From an uncultured bacterium (GTDB taxonomy: Bacteria > Joyebacterota > Joyebacteria > Joyebacterales > Joyebacteraceae), in assembly GCA_964521425.1 (NCBI GenBank), contig CAZFRO010000004.1, positions 209 to 64,208 on the forward strand: 64,000 bases of DNA. Direction: 5' to 3'. A program made the position numbers and the translations under genes. Below, piece after piece: positions 18,590-29,471 of this stretch (positions are counted from its first letter, which is position 1; each line of letters starts with the position of its first letter). The notes under the pieces were generated by a model. The model was not told the DNA's origin, ran no database searches, and saw nothing but the letters and a program-made list of their open reading frames with translations.

Positions 18590-20764
18590 ATGAGATACAT
18601 GAAGGAGGGGCATTTGATTCGATTCAGAGAACCGAGGTTGACCGACCTCGCTGTGACGGTTCTACTGGTGGCGCTTCTGGCGCTGCCGCTTGTGTCTGGA
18701 GGGACCTCATCCGAGGATGGGGGGTCGACCGATTGCTCACTTCCGCCCGGGGACAGCCCGCCCGCCACCGCGTTCACCCGCCTGGCAGACGCAGGAGACA
18801 CCGACGATTACCCCGGGGCCGACTACATCATCGTCTACGACATTGCCGAGAACAGTGTGAAGCCCTCGGGGGTCACATATGTCGACGGCTACGTTCTCTA
18901 CAAGATGCTGACGCCGGCAGGCTGTCGTGATCGTTCAGTGCTCAGATGGGGCTACGAGCCCTGGAGCAGCTTCATTGGGATCATAGAGGTCAACATCGTT
19001 CGAGGTGAGGAGAAGATCCCTGTCGATGTCTTGAAGGTCCACGACCTTCCGGCGCCCCAGTCGAGCATCTACTGGAACGCGCGCATCAAGACCCTGCAGC
19101 TTCCCCGTCTGGAGGTGGGCGACGGCGTCGAGGTCCTGGTGTTCCGGAAGGGCTACAGCTACGCGCTTCTTGACGGCGAGGGTGCTGTGCCCGTGACGAG
19201 TGGACAGCCGGCCGGTACATACGCAGCCGGGGCTTCACAGTCGACGAGCACCGGACGTGGGCTTCTCGCTGAACCGGACGACGACAAGTACATACCGCCG
19301 ATGCCGGGTGAGTACTTCGACATCGTGCTCTTTCAGTCATCGGTCCCGATTATCGAGAAGCGCTACGAGTTGACGCTTCCAGCCGACAAGAGGCTTCATT
19401 CCCAGACCTACAACGGTCCACTCTACGCGAGTACGACCTACTCTGAGGACACGACCACCTACACGTGGTGGATTGAGAATGTCCCGGCGGTGGCACGCGA
19501 GCCGCGGTCACCGGACATGAGCGATCGTGTTCCCAAGGTTGTCGTGGCGACGGTGGAGAGTTGGGAGGCCAAGAGTCGTTGGTTCTTCGACGTGAACAAG
19601 AACCAGTTCGACGTGACTCCCGAGATCCAGGCGAAGGTCGATGAGGTTCTCCGCGACGCAGGCGTTGCGCGAGGCAGCGAGGAGGAGAAGGCAGAGGTGC
19701 TCGTCCACTGGGTCGCGCAGAACATCCGGTACAGCGGGCAGACCATGGGGGAGGGCGAGGGGTTCATTCTCCATCCGGGCACCATGATCCTCGAGCAGCG
19801 AAGCGGTGTCTGCAAGGACATTGCGGGGATGCTCGTCACGATGATGCGCGCTGCGAACATGGACTCCTATGCAGCCATGACGATGGCCGGGAGCCGCATC
19901 GAGGAGGTCCCGGCGGACCAGTTCAACCACTGTGTCTGCGCGTTGAGGAAGAGTGACGGTAGCTTCGAGATGTACGACCCGACCTGGGTTCCGTACTACA
20001 ACGACGTGTGGTCAAAGTCTGAGACAGAGCAGCAGTACCTCACGGGCACGCCCGCGGGAGAGCCGCTCGCTTCGATTCCGTACAGTCCTCCGGAAGGATC
20101 GCCTCTCATCGTCCGGCACGAGGCGGAACTGTCAGAGGACGGGACGCTCCGCGGCGCTTTCAAGCTGTCCGGGGCGGGTGTTATGGATTCGAGACTCAGG
20201 GGAATGGTGAGCATGAGCAGGCTCACTGATGTCGAGGACGACATCGCGTACTACCTCTCGAAGCTCGGCAAGGGAATCGAGATCGTGAACCTCGGGCACC
20301 GTGCGGTGGACGACTTCAGTGGAAACGCGTGGATCGAGATCGAGTACGTGATCCCTGAATACGCGTTTCCAATCGAGGGAGGACTCGAGTTCAGAAGCCC
20401 GATGGCGGTTCTTACGACAGAGAACGGCTGGCTCTGCAGATCCTGCGTCTACGATTGGGGGGAGGAGCGCGAGAACGACATCTTCCTCTGGTTCACACAG
20501 CTGATCGAGGGAGAGGAGACGATTCGTCTCCCCAAGGGGTACTCGATAGATGATCCTCCATCGTCCGAGGAGATAGACGAGACCTTCGCCTACTTCAGGG
20601 CGGAAGGTGAAGCGGACGGACGGCGACTCACCGTGACGGAGCGCTTCGAGGCGCGGCGACGGCTGATTCCATCTGACGGGTTCGAAGGATTCAAGGCCGC
20701 GGTCGATGAGGCGCTCGATTGGGCCGGAAAGACGTATCGCGCCGAGAAGGGAGGTGACTCCTGA
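18590..20764 (+). CDS. DUF3857 + transglutaminase-like domain protein, catalytic triad present
   Basis: GVCKD (Cys), FNHCV (His), YDPT (Asp); N-terminal hydrophobic segment. Start uncertain. Confidence 0.8.
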   Translation: MRYMKEGHLIRFREPRLTDLAVTVLLVALLALPLVSGGTSSEDGGSTDCSLPPGDSPPATAFTRLADAGDTDDYPGADYIIVYDIAENSVKPSGVTYVDGYVLYKMLTPAGCRDRSVLRWGYEPWSSFIGIIEVNIVRGEEKIPVDVLKVHDLPAPQSSIYWNARIKTLQLPRLEVGDGVEVLVFRKGYSYALLDGEGAVPVTSGQPAGTYAAGASQSTSTGRGLLAEPDDDKYIPPMPGEYFDIVLFQSSVPIIEKRYELTLPADKRLHSQTYNGPLYASTTYSEDTTTYTWWIENVPAVAREPRSPDMSDRVPKVVVATVESWEAKSRWFFDVNKNQFDVTPEIQAKVDEVLRDAGVARGSEEEKAEVLVHWVAQNIRYSGQTMGEGEGFILHPGTMILEQRSGVCKDIAGMLVTMMRAANMDSYAAMTMAGSRIEEVPADQFNHCVCALRKSDGSFEMYDPTWVPYYNDVWSKSETEQQYLTGTPAGEPLASIPYSPPEGSPLIVRHEAELSEDGTLRGAFKLSGAGVMDSRLRGMVSMSRLTDVEDDIAYYLSKLGKGIEIVNLGHRAVDDFSGNAWIEIEYVIPEYAFPIEGGLEFRSPMAVLTTENGWLCRSCVYDWGEERENDIFLWFTQLIEGEETIRLPKGYSIDDPPSSEEIDETFAYFRAEGEADGRRLTVTERFEARRRLIPSDGFEGFKAAVDEALDWAGKTYRAEKGGDS

Positions 20765-22731
20765 TGAGAGCCAGTTACGCCGGGGAGCACCCCCGTTCCC
20801 ACGCGCCTGCTCTTGGTCGTGGCTTCATGGTCTGCGCGATTGTTCTCGCGCTTGTTCTCATCGCTCCACACCAATGCTCTGCAGAGCCGCTTGCTTTCGC
20901 GCGGGGGCTCGACATCGGTGCGCTCATGTCACAGGCGAAATCCACACTCGACCTTTCGGAGCTGGATGCCATGCTTCTCTACGATGGCCGTGAGATCGAA
21001 GTCCAGGTGGACGGAGGCCTGCGAACGACATTCCATCAGATCACGTGGATTTCTACCGAACTCGGAATCGATGAGTACGCTGATCTCAGGGTGCCGTACA
21101 GCACGGAGACAATGTCACTTGAGGTGCATGCCCTCAGGACATGGCGCGACGACAGGTGGTGGCCGCACGAGTCCGCGATCAGCCCGACCGCCGTGGTCGA
21201 GACGACGCCGAGCGTCCTCGGACACGCCGACGATTACCTGACGATCCGCGAGACGGCTCTCCTGCATGACGGTGTCGAGATTCCGTGCATCATGGAGGCC
21301 GTCTACACGACCACTGAGTCCCGTCCGGACGGTGCCGGCGCTCATGGCATCTGGGTGTTTGAGCGTGACGATCCGGCAATGGTGGTTCGTTACTCGGTCA
21401 GTGTTCCGTCCGGCGAGCGTCTTCTGTACGCGGCCGGACACGGTGCTCCGGAGCCCAAGTACAGCCCCGAGGGTGGCCGGGAGCTGTTCACATGGGAGAT
21501 GAGCGATGTGAGCCGGCTTCCCCGACCGCACGTCGCCGATGCCGCCCTGATCGCCCCTTATGTGGTCTGGTCCACGTGGAAGGACTGGGACGAACTTGGC
21601 GACGCGATCCTGGATAGACTCGATGCCGCGGTCGAACTCACAGATACGATACGGGATACGATGTCGGCGCTCGTGAAACACAAGCCGTACCTTCCGGAGA
21701 AGGCGCAGGCCGTGGTCGACTACGTGAATGAGACAACGCGAGCGATTCGGTACGATGCGCGCTTCTGGGAATTCGCGCCGCGCCAGGCATCGAGGACGTG
21801 GGAGACAGCGTACGGTCACAGGCTCGACCGTGCCGTGCTTGCCCTTGCTCTCTTCGAGGAGATTGGGTGCGACGTGAGTCCGGTCTACAGGAGCCGCGGG
21901 TTCGGTGAGATTGACACCGGTGTACCGTCGCTCTCGCGGTTCGACGGCCTTGCGCTTCGCGTAACAGGTGACGGCCTGGACGCGTACTACGATCCTGCGA
22001 GCGGTCACTTGACGAACGGTAGGTCGCCGCTCACGGGACGCACGGTGTGGGCGCCAGGCAAACAGACAGAGCCTGCACTCAGGATCGGTGACCTCAGCGA
22101 AAGCAGCCGCCTGGAGCTGATCATCTCTATCGAGTCCAACGAGGACGGTGAATGGGTCGGCGAGGGGTTCTTCCGTGCATCGTGCCTGCTCAGTCCACAC
22201 GATCGCATCATCGGGCTGGGTGGAGAGGCGGGGGCTTTCTTCGGTGGAGTCGCCGGCGGAGTGCTGCCCGGATCTGAGATCACTGAGCACAACGTGGCCG
22301 TCCTCACGGAAGAAGAGGTCGTGGCCGGCTTCTTCCTCACGATGGCGCTTCCCGAGCCTGACGACGATGGACGAACCTGGCTCGAGATAGGTGAACCGGC
22401 AGGTGGCGTGATAGGTCTCCTTCCCAGCGACCTGCATCTCTACTCACCCAGACGAGAGTCGCCCGTGTTCCTTCCATCAGTGATGTCTCAGAGCGTGACG
22501 CTCAGGATCAAGGTCGGGGAACTTGAGAGCGTTCGGATTCCCGAAACTGTCACCGTCAGCCACGAGTGTGGCGAGTTCATCCTGAGCGTGGAGAAAGACG
22601 GGGAGTGGATCACCGTGACGCGCGAGCTGTCGCTGACTCAGACGGACGTTCCGTCCGGCGTGTGGACGGAGCTGCGCGACGTTCTCCTCGCGAGTGACTC
22701 CGACCGCGGGCGGGCGCTGGTCTTTCGCTAG
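20764..22731 (+). CDS. DUF3857/transglutaminase-like paralogue lacking catalytic Cys and His
   Basis: TGATG coupling to the upstream gene; same architecture; YGHRLDRA and SRFDG replace the catalytic motifs. Confidence 0.72.
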   Translation: MRASYAGEHPRSHAPALGRGFMVCAIVLALVLIAPHQCSAEPLAFARGLDIGALMSQAKSTLDLSELDAMLLYDGREIEVQVDGGLRTTFHQITWISTELGIDEYADLRVPYSTETMSLEVHALRTWRDDRWWPHESAISPTAVVETTPSVLGHADDYLTIRETALLHDGVEIPCIMEAVYTTTESRPDGAGAHGIWVFERDDPAMVVRYSVSVPSGERLLYAAGHGAPEPKYSPEGGRELFTWEMSDVSRLPRPHVADAALIAPYVVWSTWKDWDELGDAILDRLDAAVELTDTIRDTMSALVKHKPYLPEKAQAVVDYVNETTRAIRYDARFWEFAPRQASRTWETAYGHRLDRAVLALALFEEIGCDVSPVYRSRGFGEIDTGVPSLSRFDGLALRVTGDGLDAYYDPASGHLTNGRSPLTGRTVWAPGKQTEPALRIGDLSESSRLELIISIESNEDGEWVGEGFFRASCLLSPHDRIIGLGGEAGAFFGGVAGGVLPGSEITEHNVAVLTEEEVVAGFFLTMALPEPDDDGRTWLEIGEPAGGVIGLLPSDLHLYSPRRESPVFLPSVMSQSVTLRIKVGELESVRIPETVTVSHECGEFILSVEKDGEWITVTRELSLTQTDVPSGVWTELRDVLLASDSDRGRALVFR

Positions 22732-22821
22732 CGCAAGAGCATTGGCGTCGACATCGCGCAGGTGCTAGAATGGCAGCAAATCAGGCACGGCGTTGCCGGT
22801 CAAAGGTCGGGAGACACACTC

Positions 22822-24108
22822 ATGAAGAAGTGGATCACTATTGCCTTGATAGCCATCGTAGTTGTCGCTGCCGTCGCGTTCGCGCTCAGGCGTGGAGACG
22901 GCAGCGCAGACGCGGAACGCTACGAGTTTGTCGAGGTCGAGCGGGGAGATCTCGAGAACATCATTACGAGCACAGGCACACTCTCGGCGGTCGGGACGGT
23001 GGAGGTGGGAACGCAGGTGTCCGGTACGGTCTCGTCTGTGCTGGTCGACTATAACGAGAGCGTGGCCGTAGGGCAGGTTCTCGCGGTTCTTGATACGACC
23101 ATGCTGTCGGCATCGGTTCGTGACGCTCGCGCTTCAGTAATGAGGACGGATGCGCTGCACGAGCAGGCCGGCAGGGACCTTGCCCGCGCACATGATCTCT
23201 TCAAGAACGAGCTCATCAGTGACGCAGAGTTTGAGGATGCCGGGACGAGTGCGAGGTCATCCGAAGCGTCCCTGCTCTCAGCGGTTGCCTCACTGGATCG
23301 AGCGCTGGCCAACCTCTCGTATGCCGTCATCCGATCTCCGATCGACGGGACCGTGATCATGAGGAACATCGAGCCGGGTCAGACGGTTGCTGCGAGCTTC
23401 TCGACGCCCACTCTCTTTATCATTGCGGAGGATCTCTCAGAGATGGAGATCCGTGCGCTCGTTGACGAGAGCGACATCGGGCAGATCAAGGACGGACAGA
23501 GCGTCCGCTTCACCGTGGAAGCCTACATCGATGAGGAGTTCGAGGGGACGGTCCGTCAGGTGTGGCTTCAGCCACAGACCGTACAGAATGTCGTGAACTA
23601 CACTGTCGTCATAGACGCCGCCAACGACAGAGGCCTGCTCTATCCAGGAATGACGGCGACAGTTGACTTCATGATAGACGAGGTTCGGGATGTGTTGCTT
23701 GTTCCGAATGTAGCCCTTCGCTTCCAGCCAAGCGAATCGATGATCGATGAGTTCCGCTCGTCGATGCAGGAGCGCATGAAGGATGCGGCGGAGGCCGGGG
23801 CCACCGGGAGACCCGAGGGCATGGGACCCGGCGGGCACGGCTCACCTGGGGGCGGCGCAGGTATGGGAGGCGGCTCCCCAGCGGCGAACGGCAATGCATT
23901 CGGTGACGCGGCCAGGCTGTGGTATCTCGATGAGGAAGGCAAGCTCGGCGTAGCCAGGGTTCGCAAGGGCGCCACCGACGGACGGGTGACCGAGATCGTG
24001 AACGGGCGCGGCATCACCGAAGGCACGAATGTGATCACGAAGGTCAACGAAGAGGAATCCTCAGGAAGGTCGAATCCCCTGAGTTCGACCATGAGGCGCC
24101 GCCGCTAG
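22822..24108 (+). CDS. MacA-like periplasmic adaptor (membrane fusion protein)
   Basis: [27 protein letters not shown]. Confidence 0.9.
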   Translation: MKKWITIALIAIVVVAAVAFALRRGDGSADAERYEFVEVERGDLENIITSTGTLSAVGTVEVGTQVSGTVSSVLVDYNESVAVGQVLAVLDTTMLSASVRDARASVMRTDALHEQAGRDLARAHDLFKNELISDAEFEDAGTSARSSEASLLSAVASLDRALANLSYAVIRSPIDGTVIMRNIEPGQTVAASFSTPTLFIIAEDLSEMEIRALVDESDIGQIKDGQSVRFTVEAYIDEEFEGTVRQVWLQPQTVQNVVNYTVVIDAANDRGLLYPGMTATVDFMIDEVRDVLLVPNVALRFQPSESMIDEFRSSMQERMKDAAEAGATGRPEGMGPGGHGSPGGGAGMGGGSPAANGNAFGDAARLWYLDEEGKLGVARVRKGATDGRVTEIVNGRGITEGTNVITKVNEEESSGRSNPLSSTMRRRR

Positions 24109-24161
24109 CCCTCCGCCGATCGGATGGCGGCGACGTGGATTCGGGCCGAGAGAGAGACACG

Positions 24162-24866
24162 ATGAGCAGAGTGATCGAGACATCAGGACTCACGAAGGTC
24201 TATCAGATGGGCGAGATGGAGGTCCACGCCCTGAGAGGCGTTGACCTGACCGTCGAGGACGGTGAGTTCGTCTCAATCATGGGCGCATCGGGCTCCGGCA
24301 AGTCGACGCTCATGAATGTGATCGGCTGTCTGGACCGGCCCACTTCGGGGGAGTATCTCCTGAGCGGGAGAGATGTCAGCGAGCTTACCCCCAATGAGTT
24401 CGCGGAAGTGCGAAACACGAAAATCGGATTCGTCTTCCAGGTGTTCAACCTCCTCCCCAGAACGACGGCTCTCGACAATGTTGAACTCCCACTCCTGTAT
24501 GACCACACCGGTCGCATCAGGGACCCGCGAGCGGAGGCCGTGGCCTCGCTCGAGCGCGTAGGTCTGGGGGACAGGATCACTCACGAACCGAGCCAGCTCT
24601 CAGGGGGAGAGCGCCAGCGCGTGGCAATAGCACGGGCACTCGTGAACAGACCCTCCATCATCCTGGCTGATGAACCGACCGGCAACCTGGACAGCGTCAC
24701 GTCACTCGGCATAATGGAGCTATTCAAAGAACTCAACTCGCAGGGCATCACCATTGTCATCGTCACGCACGAGCACGATATCGCCGAGTACACGAGGCGG
24801 ATGATCGAGATGAAGGACGGCGCGATCGTCCGTGAGACCATGAGGACGGGGAGGCAGCCGGAATGA
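24162..24866 (+). CDS. MacB/LolD-type ABC ATP-binding protein
   Basis: [29 protein letters not shown]. Confidence 0.93.
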   Translation: MSRVIETSGLTKVYQMGEMEVHALRGVDLTVEDGEFVSIMGASGSGKSTLMNVIGCLDRPTSGEYLLSGRDVSELTPNEFAEVRNTKIGFVFQVFNLLPRTTALDNVELPLLYDHTGRIRDPRAEAVASLERVGLGDRITHEPSQLSGGERQRVAIARALVNRPSIILADEPTGNLDSVTSLGIMELFKELNSQGITIVIVTHEHDIAEYTRRMIEMKDGAIVRETMRTGRQPE

Positions 24867-26080
24867 GACTCCGCAACCTCCTGAAGATCGCCCTCAAGAG
24901 CCTCACGAAGAACAGGATGCGCAGTCTCCTGACCTCACTCGGCGTCATCATCGGCGTTGGTGCGGTCATCGTGATGATCGCCATCGGTCAGGGCGCCCAG
25001 GCTGACATAGAAGCCCAGATTACAGCGCTCGGCGCGAACATGGTGATGGTGTTCCCCAGCTCGTCGTGGTCGCACGGCGTCAGTCAGGGAGCGGGCTCTA
25101 GGAATCGTCTCACCCTCGACGATGCAGAGGCTATCCGGGAGAGAGCAACGTTTGTCACCGCCGTATCCGCCGAAGTGCGCGTGAACGCGCAGATAATCGG
25201 TGGGGACAGCAACTGGAGCACGTCCATTCAGGGGGTTGACCCGGGGTATCAGGAGATTCGAGACTGGTACACCGTGTCGGGCGAGTTCTTCACCGAGAGG
25301 GATGTGCGAGCCAAGGCGAAGGTGGCGGTGCTTGGAAAGACGGTCGCTGATAACCTCTTCCCCGGGTCCGATCCTGTCGGTGAGAGGATACGGATTAGAA
25401 ACACACCGTTCAAGGTCATCGGCGTCCTGGATTCGAAGGGACAGTCATCCTTCGGGTCCGACAGGGACGACGTTGTCATCGTGCCTTCCACCACGGCGCT
25501 CTATCGTCTGGCCGGTGGTCGCTACGTGAACAGGATCTACGCGAGTGCCGTATCTACAGAGGCCTCAGGGGCGGCAGAGGATGAGCTTGTTGCCATCCTG
25601 AGGGAGGAGCACGGCCTCGAGCCGGGAGAGGACGACGACTTCCGTGTGCGCAACCAGGCGGAGTTCCTGGAGACGGCGACCGAGACCTCACGCGTGATGA
25701 CGCTGCTTCTTGGTGCCGTGGCTGCTGTGTCGCTTGTGGTCGGAGGGATCGGCATCATGAACATCATGCTGGTGTCGGTGACCGAGCGAACCCGAGAGAT
25801 CGGCATACGTCTTGCTGTCGGCGCGCGCGCCAGCGACGTTCTTGTTCAGTTCCTCACGGAGGCCATTGTCCTCGCGCTCGTCGGCGGTCTCGTGGGAATC
25901 CTACTGGCGATCGGAGTATCCGCATTCCTGGATCGCGTCGTCGGCATGACGTCGGTCATCTCGCCTGGAATCGTGGCTCTGGCCTTCTGTTTCTCCGGCG
26001 CGGTCGGGGTTTTCTTCGGCTACTATCCTGCCCGCAAGGCCGCACGGCTCAACCCGATAGACGCTCTCCGATACGAGTAG
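24863..26080 (+). CDS. MacB-type ABC permease
   Basis: [51 protein letters not shown]. Confidence 0.93.
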   Translation: MRLRNLLKIALKSLTKNRMRSLLTSLGVIIGVGAVIVMIAIGQGAQADIEAQITALGANMVMVFPSSSWSHGVSQGAGSRNRLTLDDAEAIRERATFVTAVSAEVRVNAQIIGGDSNWSTSIQGVDPGYQEIRDWYTVSGEFFTERDVRAKAKVAVLGKTVADNLFPGSDPVGERIRIRNTPFKVIGVLDSKGQSSFGSDRDDVVIVPSTTALYRLAGGRYVNRIYASAVSTEASGAAEDELVAILREEHGLEPGEDDDFRVRNQAEFLETATETSRVMTLLLGAVAAVSLVVGGIGIMNIMLVSVTERTREIGIRLAVGARASDVLVQFLTEAIVLALVGGLVGILLAIGVSAFLDRVVGMTSVISPGIVALAFCFSGAVGVFFGYYPARKAARLNPIDALRYE

Positions 26081-26110
26081 CCATCGGCCACGTGCACGGC
26101 ACCCCAGCAC

Positions 26111-26139
26111 TTGCGCCCCTCGGTATTCTGTGGTATACT
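26111..26139 (+). promoter_or_regulatory. sigma70-type promoter upstream of the pseudogene
   Basis: TTGCGC-17 bp-TATACT with TG extension. Confidence 0.5.
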
Positions 26140-26199
26140 GCGCCTAAATCGCGGGTATCGCAACAATAGTGGGTGTCTGTTCGCGCCTTTGGGCGCATT

Positions 26200-27364
26200 T
26201 CATGCGTTCACACTGGCGTACAAGATGGGGCAGCTCATCGATGGCGAACAGGACGGCCAGCCGAACTCGGCGTCCACGGGTGACGACCTCATGACATCGA
26301 ATGACGAGGACGGCGTGGCGTTCACAACGAATCTCACCCCGGGCAGCACAGCCAGCGTGGCGATCGACATGACCACATGGTTCTGATCGACAGCGGTCTC
26401 GAAGAGTGGAAGTGGGAGCAGAGGCCGGACCTCAGCACGACGGGCATCGACGTGAACTGCACCGAGCCGTCCATCCTTGCCGATGACTTCCTCTGTGAAC
26501 AGCCCGGGCGTCTGACGCACATCGACATCTGGGGTTCCTGGCTCAGCGACTACTTGCCGTTTGGCGACAACCCCGTCGCGGTCGATTTCATACTGAGTCT
26601 CCACGAGGACATTCCAGCCGACGAGAGTCCGACCGGATTCAGCATGCCTGGCGATGTTCTCTGGATCCACCCGTTCCGGGGGGGGGCAGTTCACGGTCCA
26701 GATGTATGCGGACGGGATCGTCGAAGGTTGGATGGATCCGCCGGAGCAGTATATGTTCCCGGCCGATTAGACCTGCTGGATGTACTCGTTCGACATTCCG
26801 CCGGAGGAGGCGTTTCATCAGGTCGGTATGCCGGACTCGGGTGTTGTGTACTGGCTGGATGTCCAGGCGTACCCGCACGACTTCGAGGCGCTCTTCGGTT
26901 GGAAGACGACGCTCGATCACTGAAACGACGACGCGGTCTGGAGTATCGGGATGGAGCCCCACTGGGGTCCATGGAATGAGCTGATCTACCCGCCGCAGCA
27001 TGAGTTCGCGGGTCAGTCGATCGATCTGGCGTTCCGTCTGAGGATGGACTACGGAACGGACGTTCCTGATGAGGTCGTGCCAACGCGGCACAGCCTCCGT
27101 CAGAACGTCCCGAACCCGTTCAACCCGATGACGACCATCGCGTACGAGGTTTCAGCGGGCGGCGGCCAAGTGACCATCGAGGTCTACGATGTCGCGGGTA
27201 GGCTCGTGACGACACTCGTTAACGGTCTCGAGCCCGAGGGCGAGCAGACTGTCACGTGGGACGGACTCAATGCGAACGGCGAGCAGATGGCGACCGGCGT
27301 CTACTTCTACCGCATGCACGCTGAAGGCATCGAGTCCAGCAGGAAGATGCTGCTTCTCAAGTAG
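26200..27364 (+). pseudogene. multiply disrupted secreted protein (GEVED-associated DEDGV fragment, beta-sandwich domain, FlgD-Ig/T9SS-like tail)
   Basis: Frame break near 26380; +1 frameshift in G9 run 26678-26686; in-frame TAG 26768-26770 and TGA 26921-26923; intact tail VPNPFNP...KMLLLK. Confidence 0.75.
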
Positions 27365-27388
27365 GACCGCGGTTGGGGTACAATCGCA

Positions 27389-27541
27389 GGTGGTACATAC
27401 TGCCGACTGAGGCGAGTTCGACCGCAGTCGCGGTTTAGAGCTACAGCCGCAACTAACAGAGGCGGACAGGATCAATCCCGTGGGGACTCGGTTCTGCCCG
27501 CCTTGTCTTGTGCGGGAGCGTCGGCGGTGGTGACGAGCGCC
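27389..27541 (+). ncRNA. candidate structured RNA (unassigned)
   Basis: TACAAT at 27379-27384. Nested helices 27399-407/27520-528, 27416-426/27511-519, 27430-435/27445-450, 27460-471/27492-503. Confidence 0.25.
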
Positions 27542-27598
27542 GGGCTGGTGTAGTATCGTCAATGAGCTACGACCATCACCACCACCTGCGAGGACATC

Positions 27599-28366
27599 AT
27601 GAACGATCTTCCCGAGCACGTCAGACGTAACCGTGAGGCCTGGAACGCGATGGCGCCGAACTGGGTCGCGGCCGGAGAGAGAAACTGGGCAGAGCAGGAG
27701 CTGTCCTTGGGTGTCTGGAGTGTGCCGGAGACTGAGCTGGGTCTTCTGCCTGACGATCTCGATGGGAAGGACGCCATCGAACTCGGATGTGGAACGGCGT
27801 ACGTGTCCGCGTGGCTGACGCGTCGCGGGGCACGCGTCGTCGGCATCGACAACTCTGAGAAGCAGCTCGAGACGGCACGGCGTCTTCAGAAGGAGCATGG
27901 TCTCGAGTTCCCCCTGATTCACGGCAACGCCGAGACCGTCCCGCTACCTGACGAGAGCTTCGACTTCGCCATCTCCGAGTACGGGGCCTGCATATGGGCC
28001 GACCCCGCGCGCTGGGTTCCGGAGGCGGCACGGCTGCTCCGCCCTGGTGGGCGGCTCGTTTTTCTCATGGGCTCGCATCTTCTCAACCTCTGCATGCCCG
28101 ATGAGGACGGCGTCCCGGCGGGGGAGCGGCTCCTGAGGCCCGCGTTTGGCATGTACCGCATGGAGTGGCCCGGCGACCCCGGCGTGGAGTTCCATCAGAC
28201 GCACGGTGAGTGGATCAGGCTACTTCGTCGCTCGGGCTTCGAGATCGAAGACCTCGTCGAGGTGCGCCCTCCCGAGGGCGCGACCACGGGCTATCCGTAC
28301 ACCACGTATGAGTGGGCGCGTCAGTGGCCGTGCGAGGAGGCGTGGAAGGTCCGGAGACGCGGGTGA
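27599..28366 (+). CDS. class I SAM-dependent methyltransferase
   Basis: IELGCGTA motif I, GIDNS, GNAETVP, FDFAISEYG, LLRPGG. Confidence 0.92.
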   Translation: MNDLPEHVRRNREAWNAMAPNWVAAGERNWAEQELSLGVWSVPETELGLLPDDLDGKDAIELGCGTAYVSAWLTRRGARVVGIDNSEKQLETARRLQKEHGLEFPLIHGNAETVPLPDESFDFAISEYGACIWADPARWVPEAARLLRPGGRLVFLMGSHLLNLCMPDEDGVPAGERLLRPAFGMYRMEWPGDPGVEFHQTHGEWIRLLRRSGFEIEDLVEVRPPEGATTGYPYTTYEWARQWPCEEAWKVRRRG

Positions 28367-28419
28367 ACGCTCGTTCGTGCAGACAATCCTGCTCTGGAGC
28401 CGTCTGGCAGCATCTCTCC

Positions 28420-28436
28420 TGTCAACGAAGTTGATA
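28420..28436. promoter_or_regulatory. candidate enhancer-binding-protein site (UAS)
   Basis: TGTCAAC-GAA-GTTGATA inverted repeat about 110 bp upstream of a sigma54-type promoter; extra TGTCAAC at 28483-28489. Confidence 0.4.
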
Positions 28437-28545
28437 CTTCTTGCCTCCCAAGGCATAGTTGTGTGAATTAGTCCCTCCAATCTGTCAACTGAACCATAAG
28501 CCCGCAGGCGAGTTAGCCTCGGGCTTCTCTCTTGTGACAGCCTCG

Positions 28546-28561
28546 TGGCACACGTGATGCA
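28546..28561 (+). promoter_or_regulatory. sigma54-type -24/-12 promoter
   Basis: TGGCAC-ACGTG-ATGCA with exact GG-N10-GC spacing, 55 bp before the start codon. Confidence 0.55.
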
Positions 28562-28615
28562 CAATTCAGCCTGTGTAACGCGGTCATGGAGTAAGGCGAC
28601 CGCAAGGGGAGGATC

Positions 28616-29191
28616 GTGAAACCGATCGTGGTCATGACAATGCTGTTCGCTGTTCTCCTGGCGCCTGGTGCTTGGGCCGGAGGGGGAGATAGCATCAGCC
28701 GGGAGGTTGCCCCCGGCGTTACGGCCGCATTCAAACATAAGATCGTTGTAGAGCGAGAGACGTGGCCTTCGGCCCTCGAAGAGACAAGAGCAGGACGTGA
28801 AATGATCCGCCTCGAGCATCGGGGCGGATTTCGTCTTCATGTGAGGGTTCGCGAGACCCCCGGTGACTACGTCGTCTGCATCGTGTATGTGGATGACGGC
28901 GGGGAGCTTGTCCTCGACAAGGACAGCCGGTTCGTCTTCCGCTATGGGGGCCGTGAGATAGAGAGCAGGGAGATCCTGCTTACCGACAGCATCTTCGAGA
29001 AGCGAGTGTTCAGCAATGCGGAGGAGACGGTCTTTCTCACGGAGAACAATGGCCGATACGCGAAGGTGAGAAGCGGTGGCTACCTAACCACCGTGCGCTT
29101 TGATAAGGGTTCACTCCCAGGAGATCGAGGGTGGATCCCGGACACATTTGAATTGAGAGGAGGTGGTTGCGATGAAGCGGTTCTCAACTAG
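28616..29191 (+). CDS. hypothetical secreted protein (191 aa)
   Basis: GGGGAGG RBS, GTG start, signal peptide ending AWA. Confidence 0.7.
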   Translation: MKPIVVMTMLFAVLLAPGAWAGGGDSISREVAPGVTAAFKHKIVVERETWPSALEETRAGREMIRLEHRGGFRLHVRVRETPGDYVVCIVYVDDGGELVLDKDSRFVFRYGGREIESREILLTDSIFEKRVFSNAEETVFLTENNGRYAKVRSGGYLTTVRFDKGSLPGDRGWIPDTFELRGGGCDEAVLN

Positions 29192-29327
29192 GCTCTACCT
29201 TGTGCTTCTGGTGGTTCTGGCTTCGCCGGTTGCGTGCTTCGCCGCCGATCCGGAGGAGGGTATGACGCTCTGGGATTGGATCGTACTGTTCTTCACCTGG
29301 GCGTCAGGCGGTTGGCACGGCATGTAG
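29172..29327 (+). CDS. small secreted or membrane peptide (51 aa), absent from the ORF track
   Basis: GAGGAGG RBS. MKRFSTRLYLVLLVVLASPVACFAADPEEGMTLWDWIVLFFTWASGGWHGM: signal peptide plus a Trp-rich tail. Confidence 0.6.
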   Translation: MKRFSTRLYLVLLVVLASPVACFAADPEEGMTLWDWIVLFFTWASGGWHGM

Positions 29328-29407
29328 GATGCGATCGACCGATTACGGAGTTCACCAGCAGGAGTAGAGCATGTTCTGGTTACAGACGGCTCCCGACAAG
29401 GGGGCCA

Positions 29408-29440
29408 GTGAGAAGGCTGCCCGTGAGGGCGGCCTTTCAC
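29408..29440. terminator. bidirectional terminator
   Basis: GTGAGAAGGCTGCCC-GTGA-GGGCGGCCTTTCAC between convergent units. Confidence 0.6.
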
Positions 29441-29471
29441 TTTCAAGCTGTAGCGAATCCCGGCCGTCCTG

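Noticed and set aside
27433-27443. GTTTAGAGCTA, resembling the start of a type II CRISPR repeat
   Set aside because: Single short match; no repeat-spacer periodicity and no cas genes.
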